Positions 27,970 to 37,813 are shown, numbered from the stretch's first letter. The stretch: 64,000 bases of DNA from Myxococcota bacterium (GCA_965247115.1 CBDFGR010000002.1:512001-576000), one strand, 5' to 3'. Notes: generated by a model from the letters alone, not told the origin. Numbers and translations: made by a program.

Positions 27970-29391
27970 ATGGGGAGCATCGCCGGGAAGGATCTCCCCG
28001 TGGCTACGGATCTCGCTGCTGACAGAGCGTCCGAAGGGGCGACGGGCGCCCTACCAGACAGGCGCACCCGCGGCAGCATGCGCGAGGTGGGGATTCTCGC
28101 CTGGCCGATCATGTTGCAGATGAGCGCCGAGACGCTCATGCAGCTGATCAACTCCGCGCTGGTGGGTCGCCTGGGCGCGACGGAGCTCGGAGCCGTCGGG
28201 TTCAGCGGGATCTGGGTCTGGACGTTGCTCACGCCGTTCTACGGCTGCGCCATGGGCGTGCAGGTGTTCGTGGCGCAGGAAGATGGAGCGGGCAAGGCGG
28301 ACGGCTGCGGCAACTGGGTGTGGCAGGGTCTGTACGCGCTCGTCCCGGCCTGCGTGCTCTGGACCATCGTAGTCGCGTTCTCGTTCGAGTCCCTCGTCGC
28401 CTTGATCGGCCCGTCCCCTGAGCTGCAGGAGCAGTCGGTGCTCTACGCGCAGGTCCGGTTTCTCGGCGTGCCCGTGGTGGTAGCGGGGGGCGTAATCACG
28501 TCGTTCTTCCGCGGTCTCGGCAATACCCGCGCCCCCATGATGGCTACGCTCGTCTCGGTCGTCGCGCATGTGCCGCTGGCCTACGGGCTCATCCTCGGTC
28601 GGCTCGGACTGCCAGCGCTCGGGATCACGGGTGCAGGCGTAGCGATCGTCTCCGCCGAGCTCGTGTACCTTGGGATCCTATTCGCGATGCTGCTCTCGCG
28701 CCGGAACCGAAGCACGTATGGCACGCGGCCCGGGCGGATCAACGGTCGTGAGATCCGACGCCTGCTCCGCACGAGCGCCCCGATCGGCGGGCAGTGGCTG
28801 CTCGACATGACGTCCTTTGCGCTCTTCACCTCCATCGTGGCGCGCATGGGCGACGCCGAGATGGCGGCAAGCCAGGCAATGCTTCAGCTCCTGTCGCTGT
28901 CCTGGATGCAAGCGAGCGGGATCGGGACCGCGGCCGGAACCCTGGTCGGCCGCTACGTCGGCGCTCGAGATCTCGATTCCGCGGCTCGGAGCTACGGGTC
29001 TGCCCTAAAGCTGGGGATGATTCTGGTCGGATTCGCGGCGGTCCTGTTCCTGAGCATGCCCGAGCTCCTGATGCGCGTGTTTTCGAGCGACCCGGAGGTG
29101 CTTGCGCTCGCCCGGCCGTTGCTCCTGCTCGGCGCCTTCTTTCAGGTCATCGACGCCACCGTCATCGTTACGATGGGCGCGCTGCGCGGCGGTGGAGATA
29201 CGCGCTGGCCGTTCGTCGTGCAGGCGACCCTCGCGTGGATGCTGCGCATCCCGCTGGTCTGGCTGGCGGCCGTCACGCTGGACGGCGGCGTAGTGGGTGC
29301 CTGGGTCGGCGAGACCGGCTACCTGTTCGTCCTGGCCATCGCAATCGTGTGGCGCTTTCGCGCCGGACGCTGGCGCTCGATCCGGATCTGA
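27970..29391 (+). CDS. MATE family efflux transporter
   Basis: LAWP, VGRLGATELGAVG, FFRGLGNTRAP, GALRGGGDTRWP; about 12 TM segments; exact start uncertain. Confidence 0.9.
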   Translation: MGSIAGKDLPVATDLAADRASEGATGALPDRRTRGSMREVGILAWPIMLQMSAETLMQLINSALVGRLGATELGAVGFSGIWVWTLLTPFYGCAMGVQVFVAQEDGAGKADGCGNWVWQGLYALVPACVLWTIVVAFSFESLVALIGPSPELQEQSVLYAQVRFLGVPVVVAGGVITSFFRGLGNTRAPMMATLVSVVAHVPLAYGLILGRLGLPALGITGAGVAIVSAELVYLGILFAMLLSRRNRSTYGTRPGRINGREIRRLLRTSAPIGGQWLLDMTSFALFTSIVARMGDAEMAASQAMLQLLSLSWMQASGIGTAAGTLVGRYVGARDLDSAARSYGSALKLGMILVGFAAVLFLSMPELLMRVFSSDPEVLALARPLLLLGAFFQVIDATVIVTMGALRGGGDTRWPFVVQATLAWMLRIPLVWLAAVTLDGGVVGAWVGETGYLFVLAIAIVWRFRAGRWRSIRI

Positions 29392-29404
29392 TCCCCGGCC
29401 CCGT

Positions 29405-30214
29405 TCAGTCCGGAAGCGATGCGAGGAAGTCGCCCATCCGTGCCAGCATGGTCTCGTGTTGCTCCGCGGGAATGGGATGTCCGCACTCCTCGATCAGCTC
29501 GAGGCGCGCCCCCGGAATCGCACGCGATAGGATAACGCCGCCCCCCGGCGGAGTGAGGCCGTCGTCCAGCCCCTGCAGAACGAGGGCCGGCATGGCGAGG
29601 CGGCCGAGCTCAGCCGTGAAGTTGTAAGCACTGCAGGCGCGTGCGGCGGCCGCGTAGCACTGGGGGTCGTTGCGGCGAGCGGACTCCTCTGCCGCGGCCC
29701 GGATCGCGGCCGCGTGCTTCTCCGCATAGGCCTTCGCGTAGCTCAGCCCGGGACCCTCGGTCAGCACGGCGGCCATTCCCTCCTCTTCGACCAGCCGCGC
29801 CCGCTCGAGCCAGCCTTTGCGCGCCCAGTCCCCGACCTCGCTCGTGGTGCTCATGAGGATGAGCGCGTCGGTACGCTCGGGGAAGTCGAGAGCGAAGCGC
29901 TGGGAGATGACACCGCCCATGGAGATACCCACGATGATCGCGCTCGGAATCTCGAGATCCCCGAGTAAAGCGTCCAGGTCTGCGGCCCAGACTTTCGGAT
30001 CGACGGAGCCGTGCGGCCTGTCCGAGCGTCCGAAGCCGCGCACGTCCCAGCGCAACACGGTGTAGCTGTCCTCCAGGGCCTCCGCGGTAGGTTCCCAGGA
30101 CTCGAGGTTCCCGCCGAGTCCGTGGGTAAGCACGATCACCGGCCCGCTGCCGCTCACCTCGTAGTGGAGCCGTACGCCGTTCACACTGGCAAAGTTGCCG
30201 TTCCCATCCGTCAT
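29405..30214 (-). CDS. Alpha/beta hydrolase (PcaD/enol-lactone hydrolase-like)
   Basis: LHYEVSGSG, HGLGG, DVRGFGRS, GISMGG, GLDD, CGH. Confidence 0.88.
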   Translation of the reverse strand: MTDGNGNFASVNGVRLHYEVSGSGPVIVLTHGLGGNLESWEPTAEALEDSYTVLRWDVRGFGRSDRPHGSVDPKVWAADLDALLGDLEIPSAIIVGISMGGVISQRFALDFPERTDALILMSTTSEVGDWARKGWLERARLVEEEGMAAVLTEGPGLSYAKAYAEKHAAAIRAAAEESARRNDPQCYAAAARACSAYNFTAELGRLAMPALVLQGLDDGLTPPGGGVILSRAIPGARLELIEECGHPIPAEQHETMLARMGDFLASLPD

Positions 30215-30360
30215 CCTGATGTCCTCCCGAAACTCGTCCAGCACCAGGGAGCTGGACCGGCGACATGCGACCCCTGTATAGCTGAGCGAGGGCGCGGACG
30301 TCGAGCGGCCGAGCACGGTCGCGCCCCCCTCGACGGCGGCGCGAGGCTCGACGAGCCGGG

Positions 30361-31047
30361 CTAATCCGACCGGAGTCCGGGGAGCGCGCCCGCCTTTGTG
30401 TACAGGATGCAGCCCGCGGGGGAGCGCGGCTCCTGCTTCGCGCCAGCCGGAACACGCAGCCAGGTACCGGCCCCGTAGCGACCGTGCTCGTCCTCCAGTG
30501 CGCCCTCGAGCAGGAGGATCTCGATGCCGCCGTCTCGCTCGAGGAGACCGGGAGCAGTACCAGGAGCCTACCGCTCGAGGCTGGTCACATCGCGAAACCC
30601 GGGCTCGCGATAGAGCGTCCTCGTCTCGACACCTGGCAGGGAGGTCGACTCCCAGTCGAGCGCGCCCGTGTCCTGAGCCACGTGTTGGCGCCCCTCGCCG
30701 CCGTACTGACGGAGCTTGACGAAGAGTACGCAGCCCTCACGCGAGAACGGTACGTGTCGGAAGCCCTCAGGGTTCAGCAGGTAGGTGCCGGCCGGCCAAT
30801 CACCGTGCTCGTCGGAGAAGGTCCCCTCCAGCACCAGGATCTCTTCTCCTTCCGGATGGTCGTGAGCGGGAAACGAGGAGTCGGGCTCGTAGCGCACGAT
30901 CGAGGTGACCTGGCCGGACTCTGCACCGCCGACGAGGTGCAGACGCTTGCGCCAGACGCTTCCACTTGGGCTCGCCTGCCACTCCATCGACGCGCTGTCC
31001 ATCTGCGCGCGTCGCGTCAGATCTCCGTGGATCGATGCATCCGTCAT
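30361..31047 (-). pseudogene. ChrR-like double cupin protein with in-frame amber stop
   Basis: First cupin HDHPEGEEILVLEG; TAG at 30568-30570, then the frame continues APG...GGIEILLLEGALEDEHGRYGAGTWLRVP...SPAGCILYTK to TAG at 30361. Confidence 0.85.
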
Positions 31048-31233
31048 CCGTGTCTTCCTCTCGTTGCAGGCTTTGACTCCGCCTGGGCTCATGGAGTTTC
31101 AGATATCCTGGCCCCGATGCGGACTCGCAGCGACGTGTTCGAGCCGTTGCTCAGCTGGCTACGCCGGCACCGGCCCGGGAGCGGGCCCTAGTCGCGCGCG
31201 GGCCCGTCTCGCGCACCGCAAGGACATTCCGGG

Positions 31234-31758
31234 CTAGATCTCGGGGTCCTTCTCCACGTCCTCGAGCGCGTCTTGCATACCTTCCTCGAGCTGGCGCAGG
31301 CCTTCCTCGAGCGCCGACCCGAGCTCGCGGGCGCCGTCGACGAGCGCACCGCGCACGCGCCCGGCGACGGCAGTAACGACGCCTTTCGCGAGATCTCGCT
31401 GAGTTTGGTCCACGTCCACCTTCCAGAGGTCGCCCTCGCGCACCATGTGGGTCAGGAAGCGCGGACGCATCTCGAACTCGCCGAGCCTGGTCAGCACGGA
31501 TGTCTCTATGGTGGCGGCCCGCTCGTTTCGGAGCGTCTCCCCAAGCGTGAACTCCACGATCTCGTAGTCCTCGGCCCAGTCGCGGAGGTCCGAGCTCATC
31601 AAGCTCGCGTGCTCCATAGCCAGGTCGAGATCGTCCTCGTGCACAGCGTCCCAGAACTGTGTCGCAACCTCGGCCGGATCGCTCCGTTCCGGGAGGCAGC
31701 CGCAGCCGCCGGCCAGGAGCAAGACGGGCAGCCACGCCAGAGTACGCACTGGTCTCAT
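31234..31758 (-). CDS. Hypothetical lipoprotein
   Basis: Signal peptide ending LAGGC; P.EVATQFWDAV helix and WKVD motif. Confidence 0.7.
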   Translation of the reverse strand: MRPVRTLAWLPVLLLAGGCGCLPERSDPAEVATQFWDAVHEDDLDLAMEHASLMSSDLRDWAEDYEIVEFTLGETLRNERAATIETSVLTRLGEFEMRPRFLTHMVREGDLWKVDVDQTQRDLAKGVVTAVAGRVRGALVDGARELGSALEEGLRQLEEGMQDALEDVEKDPEI

Positions 31759-31834
31759 GCGCTCCATCCTACACTGACATCCCGATACGCTCTCCGTAGG
31801 GTCAACCAGCAGACGATCACATGATCCGCGGAAT

Positions 31835-32644
31835 TCAGGTTCCATCCTCTGAGCTGGCTCCCAGCTGAATCTCCCCGAGCACCTCGGGCGGGAATTCGCC
31901 TTCGAACACGCGGTGACCCGCTGTGAAGCCTCCGTCGACGGCCAGTGCGTGGCCGGTCACGAACGACGCGTCGTCGGAGGCGAGGAACGCAGCGGCCGCC
32001 GCGACCTCTTCCGGGCGGCCGAAGCGCCCCAGCGCGTGCGAGCGCTCGAGGTGCTCGCGCGCGGCCTCGAGGGGCTCGGTCTGAAGAAGTGCCGTCATCG
32101 GCGTGTCGATGAAGCCCGGGCAGACGCAGTTAACGCGAATCCCGCGGGTCCCGTAGTCGATCGCCATGTTGCGGGTAAGCAGGACCACGCCACCCTTCGA
32201 CGCGTTGTAGGCACTGATACCCTGCCCGCCGATCAGTCCTTCGATGCTGGCCACGTTGATGATGCAGCCTGCACGCCGCTCCGCCATTCGCCCGACGACG
32301 TGTTTGCAGACCAGGAACGTCCCCTTCAGGTTGATGTCGATCACGCGGTCCCATTCCTCGCCCGCCAGCTGGTGCACGGGCCCGCCGCCGGAGACGCCGG
32401 CCGCGTTCAGAACCACATCGATCTTGCCAAAGCGCTCCTCGACCGCTCGTACGGCGCGCTCGATCGCCGGCTCCTCGCGTACGTCGACCTCATGGAAGCT
32501 CTCACAAGGAGTCGTCTCGGCGGGCTTCTGCACGTCGACACCCGCCACTCGGGCGCCCTCCGCCGCAAAGCGGACCGCGCATGCGGCCCCGATGCCAGAC
32601 GCGATTCCCGTCACCAACGCAACCCGCCCCTCCAAGCGCTCCAT
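31835..32644 (-). CDS. SDR family oxidoreductase
   Basis: TGIASGIG, NAAG, YNASK, VNCVCPG. Confidence 0.93.
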   Translation of the reverse strand: MERLEGRVALVTGIASGIGAACAVRFAAEGARVAGVDVQKPAETTPCESFHEVDVREEPAIERAVRAVEERFGKIDVVLNAAGVSGGGPVHQLAGEEWDRVIDINLKGTFLVCKHVVGRMAERRAGCIINVASIEGLIGGQGISAYNASKGGVVLLTRNMAIDYGTRGIRVNCVCPGFIDTPMTALLQTEPLEAAREHLERSHALGRFGRPEEVAAAAAFLASDDASFVTGHALAVDGGFTAGHRVFEGEFPPEVLGEIQLGASSEDGT

Positions 32645-32745
32645 CCTTCCTCCTTCGCCAGTCCGGTTGACCAGCCGCGCTCATCCTCTCATGGTAGGGG
32701 GGAGACGCCCTAATGAGTCACACGAAAAATCGGGGAATTGCTGAC

Positions 32746-33474
32746 GTGGAGACAAAGCTGTACTCGGAGCTGGCGGAGTGGTGGCCGCTCATGTCCACAC
32801 CTTCGGAGTACGAGGAAGAGGCCGGCTTCTACACGGAGATCCTTCGCGAGGCCTGCGCCCCGCGCACGGTGATGGAGCTCGGAAGCGGCGGAGGGAACAA
32901 CGCGTCGCATATGAAGGCCCACTTCGAGCTCACGCTCGTCGATCGCTCGGCCGAGATGCTCGCGGTGAGCCGCGAGCTCAATCCGGAGTGCGAGCACGTG
33001 CAAGGGGACATGTGCGACGTACGCCTGCGTAAGGTGTTCGACGCCGTCTTCGTTCATGACGCCGTCTGCTACATGACTACCCCGGCGGACCTGGCTCGTT
33101 TGATCGAGACGACGAACGTCCACTGCCGGCCCGGCGGCGCCGTACTCTTCTGCCCGGACTGGTTCCGAGAGACCTTCGAGCCCGTCACGAGCCACGGAGG
33201 GCACGATGGACCCAAGCGATCGTTTCGCTATCTCGAGTGGGACGGCGAACCCGCTCCCGGCGAGGACACCTACAGGACGGACTTCGCCTTCCTGCTGCGA
33301 GAGTCAGGCAAGGTGCGGGTGGTGCACGACATGCACGTGTTCGGGCTCTTTCCGCGCGAGCGCTGGCTCGAGCTCTGCCGGGGGTCCGGCCTGGAGCCTG
33401 AGCTCCGCAAGGTCTTCCACACGGGGGGGAACCGGGAGGGCTCCGAGCTGATCCTCTGCCGGAAGCCCGCGTAG
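32746..33474 (+). CDS. Class I SAM-dependent methyltransferase
   Basis: ELGSGGG motif I, LVD, GDM, FDAVFVHD; start may be 32713. Confidence 0.88.
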   Translation: METKLYSELAEWWPLMSTPSEYEEEAGFYTEILREACAPRTVMELGSGGGNNASHMKAHFELTLVDRSAEMLAVSRELNPECEHVQGDMCDVRLRKVFDAVFVHDAVCYMTTPADLARLIETTNVHCRPGGAVLFCPDWFRETFEPVTSHGGHDGPKRSFRYLEWDGEPAPGEDTYRTDFAFLLRESGKVRVVHDMHVFGLFPRERWLELCRGSGLEPELRKVFHTGGNREGSELILCRKPA

Positions 33475-33490
33475 AGCTCGAGCGGAAGGC

Positions 33491-34243
33491 TCAGCTCTCC
33501 CCAGGCTCGAGCTTCTCCTGGCTGAGGACCACGCCGCGGTCGGAATCGAGGGTGACGACAGCCACGCTGCCCCATTCCGCCCTCCCGTACTGGGGCGAGG
33601 GGCTCCCGGAGTAGCAGGCAGTGGTCGAGCGTTCGCTCACGTCGCGGAACACGTGCACGTGCCCGAGCGCGAGGTAGTCGAGCCCTGAGTCTCCGATCTC
33701 TTCGGGAGTGATCAGCGAGGAACGCAGCTCGCTCCGGTCGGGTACGAGGTGCCCGTGGGCGATTCCGACATGCCAGTAGTCCCCGCTTCGATCGGGCACA
33801 CCCTCGAGCGGCTGGTTTTCGTGATCGTGCTCCACCATCGCGCGTCCCCACACCGTGCTGTGGAGCTCAGGGAACTCGAGGACGTCTCCGTCCTCCGCCA
33901 TCAGCGGGTGTACGTGAGAGCCCGCGTCGCGAAAATCGACCTTCCGGTACACGGAACGGTCGTCGTAGCAGTCATGGTTTCCCGGCAGCAGGACGACGGG
34001 ACAGGACGCAGCGCTCAGCGTAGCCATCACGAAGTCAATCTCGGGCCGAGCGATCCGGCTCGAGTCGAACAGGTCGCCCGCGATGAGGAGCAGATCGGCC
34101 TCCTGCCTCCGCGCGGTGTCGACGACTGTGCGAAATGCGATCTCCTCCAGCGCGCGGGTGGCCGGTCGCTCCTCGCTGCGAAAGCCCTCGCTGTGGATGT
34201 GCACGTCGGAAGTGTGGACGAGCTTCAGGGTTCTGCGCGACAT
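33491..34243 (-). CDS. Metallophosphoesterase, SbcD/Mre11-like
   Basis: HTSDVH, AGDLFD, PGNHD, AHG, LALGHVH, YSGSP. Confidence 0.88.
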   Translation of the reverse strand: MSRRTLKLVHTSDVHIHSEGFRSEERPATRALEEIAFRTVVDTARRQEADLLLIAGDLFDSSRIARPEIDFVMATLSAASCPVVLLPGNHDCYDDRSVYRKVDFRDAGSHVHPLMAEDGDVLEFPELHSTVWGRAMVEHDHENQPLEGVPDRSGDYWHVGIAHGHLVPDRSELRSSLITPEEIGDSGLDYLALGHVHVFRDVSERSTTACYSGSPSPQYGRAEWGSVAVVTLDSDRGVVLSQEKLEPGES

Positions 34244-34250
34244 CGCTTCC

Positions 34251-34832
34251 TCAGCGCGGACGGCGCCACTTGCTCCAGTCGAAGGGCTCGACCCCGTCGT
34301 CTGCCAGCTGCCAGATCGACACGTCCGGCTTGCCGTTCTCGATCTCGAGAAAGCCGATCGTGCCGAGCTGTGTATTCAGGTTGTGCGGGTAGGTGGGCGA
34401 GCCAGGGTTCACACAGACCACGCCGTCCACCACGTCGATCGCCTCGACGTGGGTGTCCCCGTAGATCAGCACCTCCGGCCGTTGCTCCGGGAAGAGCCTG
34501 CCGATCGCCCGCTCGAGGGTGAGGTGCGGCGGCATCTCCGGGATCGGCACCACGTGCGTGAGCCCGACCGACACTCCGCCCAGGTCGAGGGACCAGGCAT
34601 CGCGGAGCCGATCGTCATCGGGCTGCACGCCTCGCCCGCCCGACCCGTCGTCACCGTTCCCCCGAGCAACATAGATCGGTGCAACCTCATTCAGCTCGTC
34701 GATCACGCGGAGCTCGTGGATGTCTCCAGCGTGCAGGATCAGGTCGACATCTTGGAACGCATCGAAGACCTGCGGCCACAGCTCCTCGCGCGCCTCCGGA
34801 ATGTGCGTATCTGAGATCAGACCGATTCGCAT
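34251..34832 (-). CDS. Metallophosphoesterase, YfcE/MJ0936 family
   Basis: ISDTH, HAGDI, RGNGD, GDTH, NPGSP. Confidence 0.88.
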   Translation of the reverse strand: MRIGLISDTHIPEAREELWPQVFDAFQDVDLILHAGDIHELRVIDELNEVAPIYVARGNGDDGSGGRGVQPDDDRLRDAWSLDLGGVSVGLTHVVPIPEMPPHLTLERAIGRLFPEQRPEVLIYGDTHVEAIDVVDGVVCVNPGSPTYPHNLNTQLGTIGFLEIENGKPDVSIWQLADDGVEPFDWSKWRRPR

Positions 34833-34904
34833 CTACTCGACGTCCGCCCCCCCTCGACTCACCGTGACATTCTGTACCGCACCGACCCACGCTCTGTCCA
34901 GCGC

Positions 34905-35405
34905 TCAGCTGCGAGTCGTACGCCGGAGCAACTCGCGCAGCACGATGATGTCCTGGCGGTCCTGAGGTCGATCCGCGGCTTCCTTCGATCGGATGATGTC
35001 TTCCAGGCCCGAGGCGTGGACCTCGACGCCAAAGATCTCGAACGCCACGGCACCCTCGATCAGGTCGTCGTACCCGTCCGTTCCGGCTGGGACGAACACC
35101 ACGTCGATCCGTCCAGCCGAACTCACGAGATTCCAGATCTGAGACTGCGCGAGACTCTTCGCACTGCAGTCGAACGCCAACCCCGCCGGCTGGGTGTCCG
35201 TGTAGACCCGCGCATCGAGCTCCCGGAGCGCAGCAGCAAGACGCTCCAGGTTCTCTGCGTCCCGCGAAGGAGTGATGTCCGCATCCGCAGTCACCCGTGG
35301 GAACCCTTGAAGCCGTGCTGCAAGTGCGCCGATCAGGACGTACCGGACCTCGTGTCGGGCAAGAGTCCGAGCGATGAGCGCCGGATCGAGCGCCGCATCA
35401 GACAC
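34905..35405 (-). CDS. Pol-beta-superfamily nucleotidyltransferase (AbiEii/DUF1814-like)
   Basis: YVLIGALAA...R.TADADI, IDV, K.AADRPQDRQD; GTG start overlaps HTH stop. Confidence 0.8.
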   Translation of the reverse strand: MSDAALDPALIARTLARHEVRYVLIGALAARLQGFPRVTADADITPSRDAENLERLAAALRELDARVYTDTQPAGLAFDCSAKSLAQSQIWNLVSSAGRIDVVFVPAGTDGYDDLIEGAVAFEIFGVEVHASGLEDIIRSKEAADRPQDRQDIIVLRELLRRTTRS

Positions 35406-35724
35406 GGCGGGCGGCAGACACGAACGCGTTCACGTTCCGAACCTCGATCAGCCGCTGCTCCGGCGTCAGCGCCAGAACGCGATCGATGTCGGCGAGCATG
35501 TGCGTATCGGGGCAGGGGCTCAGCACCAACTCCGCTCGGAGCTCGAAGCCCGCAGCTTCGAGCAGCCGCAAAAGGGTATTGGTACTCGGGCTGGTCTGAC
35601 CATTCTCTATGCGCGCAACCACTGACTGAGCGGTTCCCGCGCGCTCGGCCAGCGTTCGCTGGGTCAGGCCGGCTCGCTGCCGGGCCTCGCGCAAGAGCTC
35701 ACTCGGGCTGAGCCTCTCCTTCAT
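35398..35724 (-). CDS. XRE-family HTH protein (putative antitoxin/regulator)
   Basis: LREARQRAGLTQRTLAERAGTAQSVVARIENG..SPS; C-terminal LALTPEQRL. Confidence 0.88.
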   Translation of the reverse strand: MKERLSPSELLREARQRAGLTQRTLAERAGTAQSVVARIENGQTSPSTNTLLRLLEAAGFELRAELVLSPCPDTHMLADIDRVLALTPEQRLIEVRNVNAFVSAARRV

Positions 35725-35730
35725 CCCCAC

Positions 35731-35749
35731 ACAATAGCTAATCAGCTAT
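35731..35749 (-). promoter_or_regulatory. Putative operator overlapping the -10 of the HTH-NTase operon
   Basis: Inverted repeat ATAGCT-aatc-AGCTAT (35734-35749) overlaps minus-strand TATTGT (35731-35736), 6 nt from ATG 35724. Confidence 0.65.
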
Positions 35750-35789
35750 CAAAAGCCGGGGCCGGAGCCTCCTACCCTCACGTAACGGC

Positions 35790-36359
35790 TCAGTACGTGA
35801 ACTTCGGCTGCCAGCCCTCGGGTCCCTCGGGGAGCAGCTCCAGCAGAGGCCAGACCGAGCAGAAGTCGTCCCCCGGGCCGAACTCCGTATCGCTCACGCG
35901 TACGATGCGATCGCCGTCGCGCTGGAACACGGAAACCCCCGGCCACCAGCTCTCGTCCCTGCGGTAGCCCAGATCGCTGGCAAAGCTCGTACCCTCGTGG
36001 GACACCATGCGAAAGCTCCAGGCCCTGCTCTCGGCGAACTTGCGCTGCGTCTCAGGGCTGTCCGGGGTCGAGACCACAAAGGCCGCGCGGTTCTCGAGAT
36101 GATCGATCACCCCGTTGAACCCGTCGGCCCACATCGTGCAGTAGGAGCAGCTCCTCCCCATGTTGTGCACGACGAAGAGGTGCTCGCGGTCGCCGAACAG
36201 CTCCGAGAGCTGGACGGGCTTCCCAGCCGCAGTCGTGAGCCGGTAGTCCTGGACCGCGGCCGGCTCGATCTTCGACTGTACCTCGCGCAGCTCGTCGCGT
36301 AGCTCGGCGATCCGCCCGCGAACCTCTCGCAAGCGTTCCGTTGCGTCCTCGTAGCGCAT
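35790..36359 (-). CDS. DUF899 family thioredoxin-like protein
   Basis: LSELFG, CSYCTMWADG, VS, PGVSVF; GGAGG RBS. Confidence 0.82.
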   Translation of the reverse strand: MRYEDATERLREVRGRIAELRDELREVQSKIEPAAVQDYRLTTAAGKPVQLSELFGDREHLFVVHNMGRSCSYCTMWADGFNGVIDHLENRAAFVVSTPDSPETQRKFAESRAWSFRMVSHEGTSFASDLGYRRDESWWPGVSVFQRDGDRIVRVSDTEFGPGDDFCSVWPLLELLPEGPEGWQPKFTY

Positions 36360-36435
36360 GGCTCCTCCTATGCTCGAGCGCGCTTCCCGCGCACTCTCCG
36401 GGGCTGGCTTGTGTCCGGCTCCATCCGTCTGATGA

Positions 36436-37050
36436 TCACGCAGCCGGTCGGCGCGCGGAGAGGAGATGGTCGATCGCGCTGCCCTTCCCTTCCACCGCCC
36501 GAATCCGCTCCTCGGCACGTTCCACCTCGAGGCCGAGCTCGACGAGCGCTTTGCTGAGGGAGTCCGGGTCCCACAGCACGCCGGGGTGCTGCGGGCCGCC
36601 GACGCCCTCCGTCAGGTTGCGAAGGGCGTGGCCGATCATCAGCAGAGCTCCGCCCGGGGCGAGTGCTGCAACGGCGTGCTGAAGGGCCCGGGCCTGGTCG
36701 GCCTCTGGCAGGTGGAGATACAGAACAACGACGCGCTCGAAGGCCTCAGGCGGGGGCTCGTAGCTGGTGACATCGGCGCAGATCCACTCCACGTCGACAC
36801 TGCGCCTGCCGGCGAGCCCCCTGGCGCGCTCGATCGCGACCTCGGAGAAGTCCACCGCCGTCACCTCGAAACCACGCTCGGCCAGCCAGATCGCGTTGCG
36901 GCCCTCGCCACAGGCCAGGTCGAGGACGCGGCCGAGCGGCTCCGCGTCGCCGAGCTCCTCCGCGAGGAAGCGGTTCGGCTCAATCCCCCAGACCAACTCC
37001 TCCGAGGAGTAGCGTTCATTCCACTGATGCTGCTTGTTCGTCGTCGTCAT
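36436..37050 (-). CDS. Class I SAM-dependent methyltransferase (TehB-like)
   Basis: WNERY, EPN, LDLACGEGRNAIWLA, VDFS, GGP. Confidence 0.88.
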   Translation of the reverse strand: MTTTNKQHQWNERYSSEELVWGIEPNRFLAEELGDAEPLGRVLDLACGEGRNAIWLAERGFEVTAVDFSEVAIERARGLAGRRSVDVEWICADVTSYEPPPEAFERVVVLYLHLPEADQARALQHAVAALAPGGALLMIGHALRNLTEGVGGPQHPGVLWDPDSLSKALVELGLEVERAEERIRAVEGKGSAIDHLLSARRPAA

Positions 37051-37188
37051 TCGCTTGCCCGTCTTCGCCGCATCGCGCCCGAGCCAGCGTCGCACGCGAT
37101 TTTGTAGAGAGTGTACGCACGGACGAAGCGCGGCTGCACGCTGAGCTCCGTGCACCAGGCCTGGAGCGAGCGCAGCGGAGGCGCTCTG

Positions 37189-37710
37189 TCAGGACGCCCC
37201 CACGTGCTCCTCCTCTCGAAGGCGATCCGTGTCCGCGGCGAGCTGTCGCACGAGCTCGTGGATCGCACGCTGCCCGAGCTCGGCAAGCTGCTCGGGTCCG
37301 ACGTTGAGCTGGGTGCCCTGGCCCGTGGCCTGGCGGATCGCCTGCTTCGTGAAGTACGTCGCAACGAGCAGCCGATTCCGCAGCAACACGGCCTGGAGCT
37401 CGAGCGTGTACGCGTCGGGCTCGCCGTAGTCCGAAGCTGCTAGCTCGAGCTCCCAGACTGAGGAGGCGTCTGGTGACCACTGGAGCACGCCGGCAAACAC
37501 GCGGGCAGACTCCAGCTCCTCTTCAAAAGCCAGCAGCACGCCCCGCGGGCTGAGGTGCGAGCGGTCGAAGGAGCCCTCGCGAACGCTCACGGTCACCCCG
37601 AGCGGCTGGGCGGGAGGCTCGATCGGAGGTTCCGCAGGTCCAGGCGGGGAAGCCGCGCATGCAAGCCACGTGATCGCAATCCCGACCCGTGCCAGGGCAG
37701 CTCGTTTCAT
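37189..37710 (-). CDS. Hypothetical lipoprotein
   Basis: MKR.. signal with WLAC lipobox followed by Pro-rich linker. Confidence 0.6.
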   Translation of the reverse strand: MKRAALARVGIAITWLACAASPPGPAEPPIEPPAQPLGVTVSVREGSFDRSHLSPRGVLLAFEEELESARVFAGVLQWSPDASSVWELELAASDYGEPDAYTLELQAVLLRNRLLVATYFTKQAIRQATGQGTQLNVGPEQLAELGQRAIHELVRQLAADTDRLREEEHVGAS

Positions 37711-37813
37711 CGGGCCTGACTCTAGCCCAGCGTCCGGCCCAGTGCGGCCGGAGACGTCGCTTGACCCCGACGCCGCGCCCGAACACGATGGCGGCTCGAG
37801 AAGAGGAGATGCA

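Noticed and set aside
30568..30570. Pyrrolysine or genome-wide TAG recoding
   Set aside because: Many complete genes in the window end at TAG and no pyl genes are visible.
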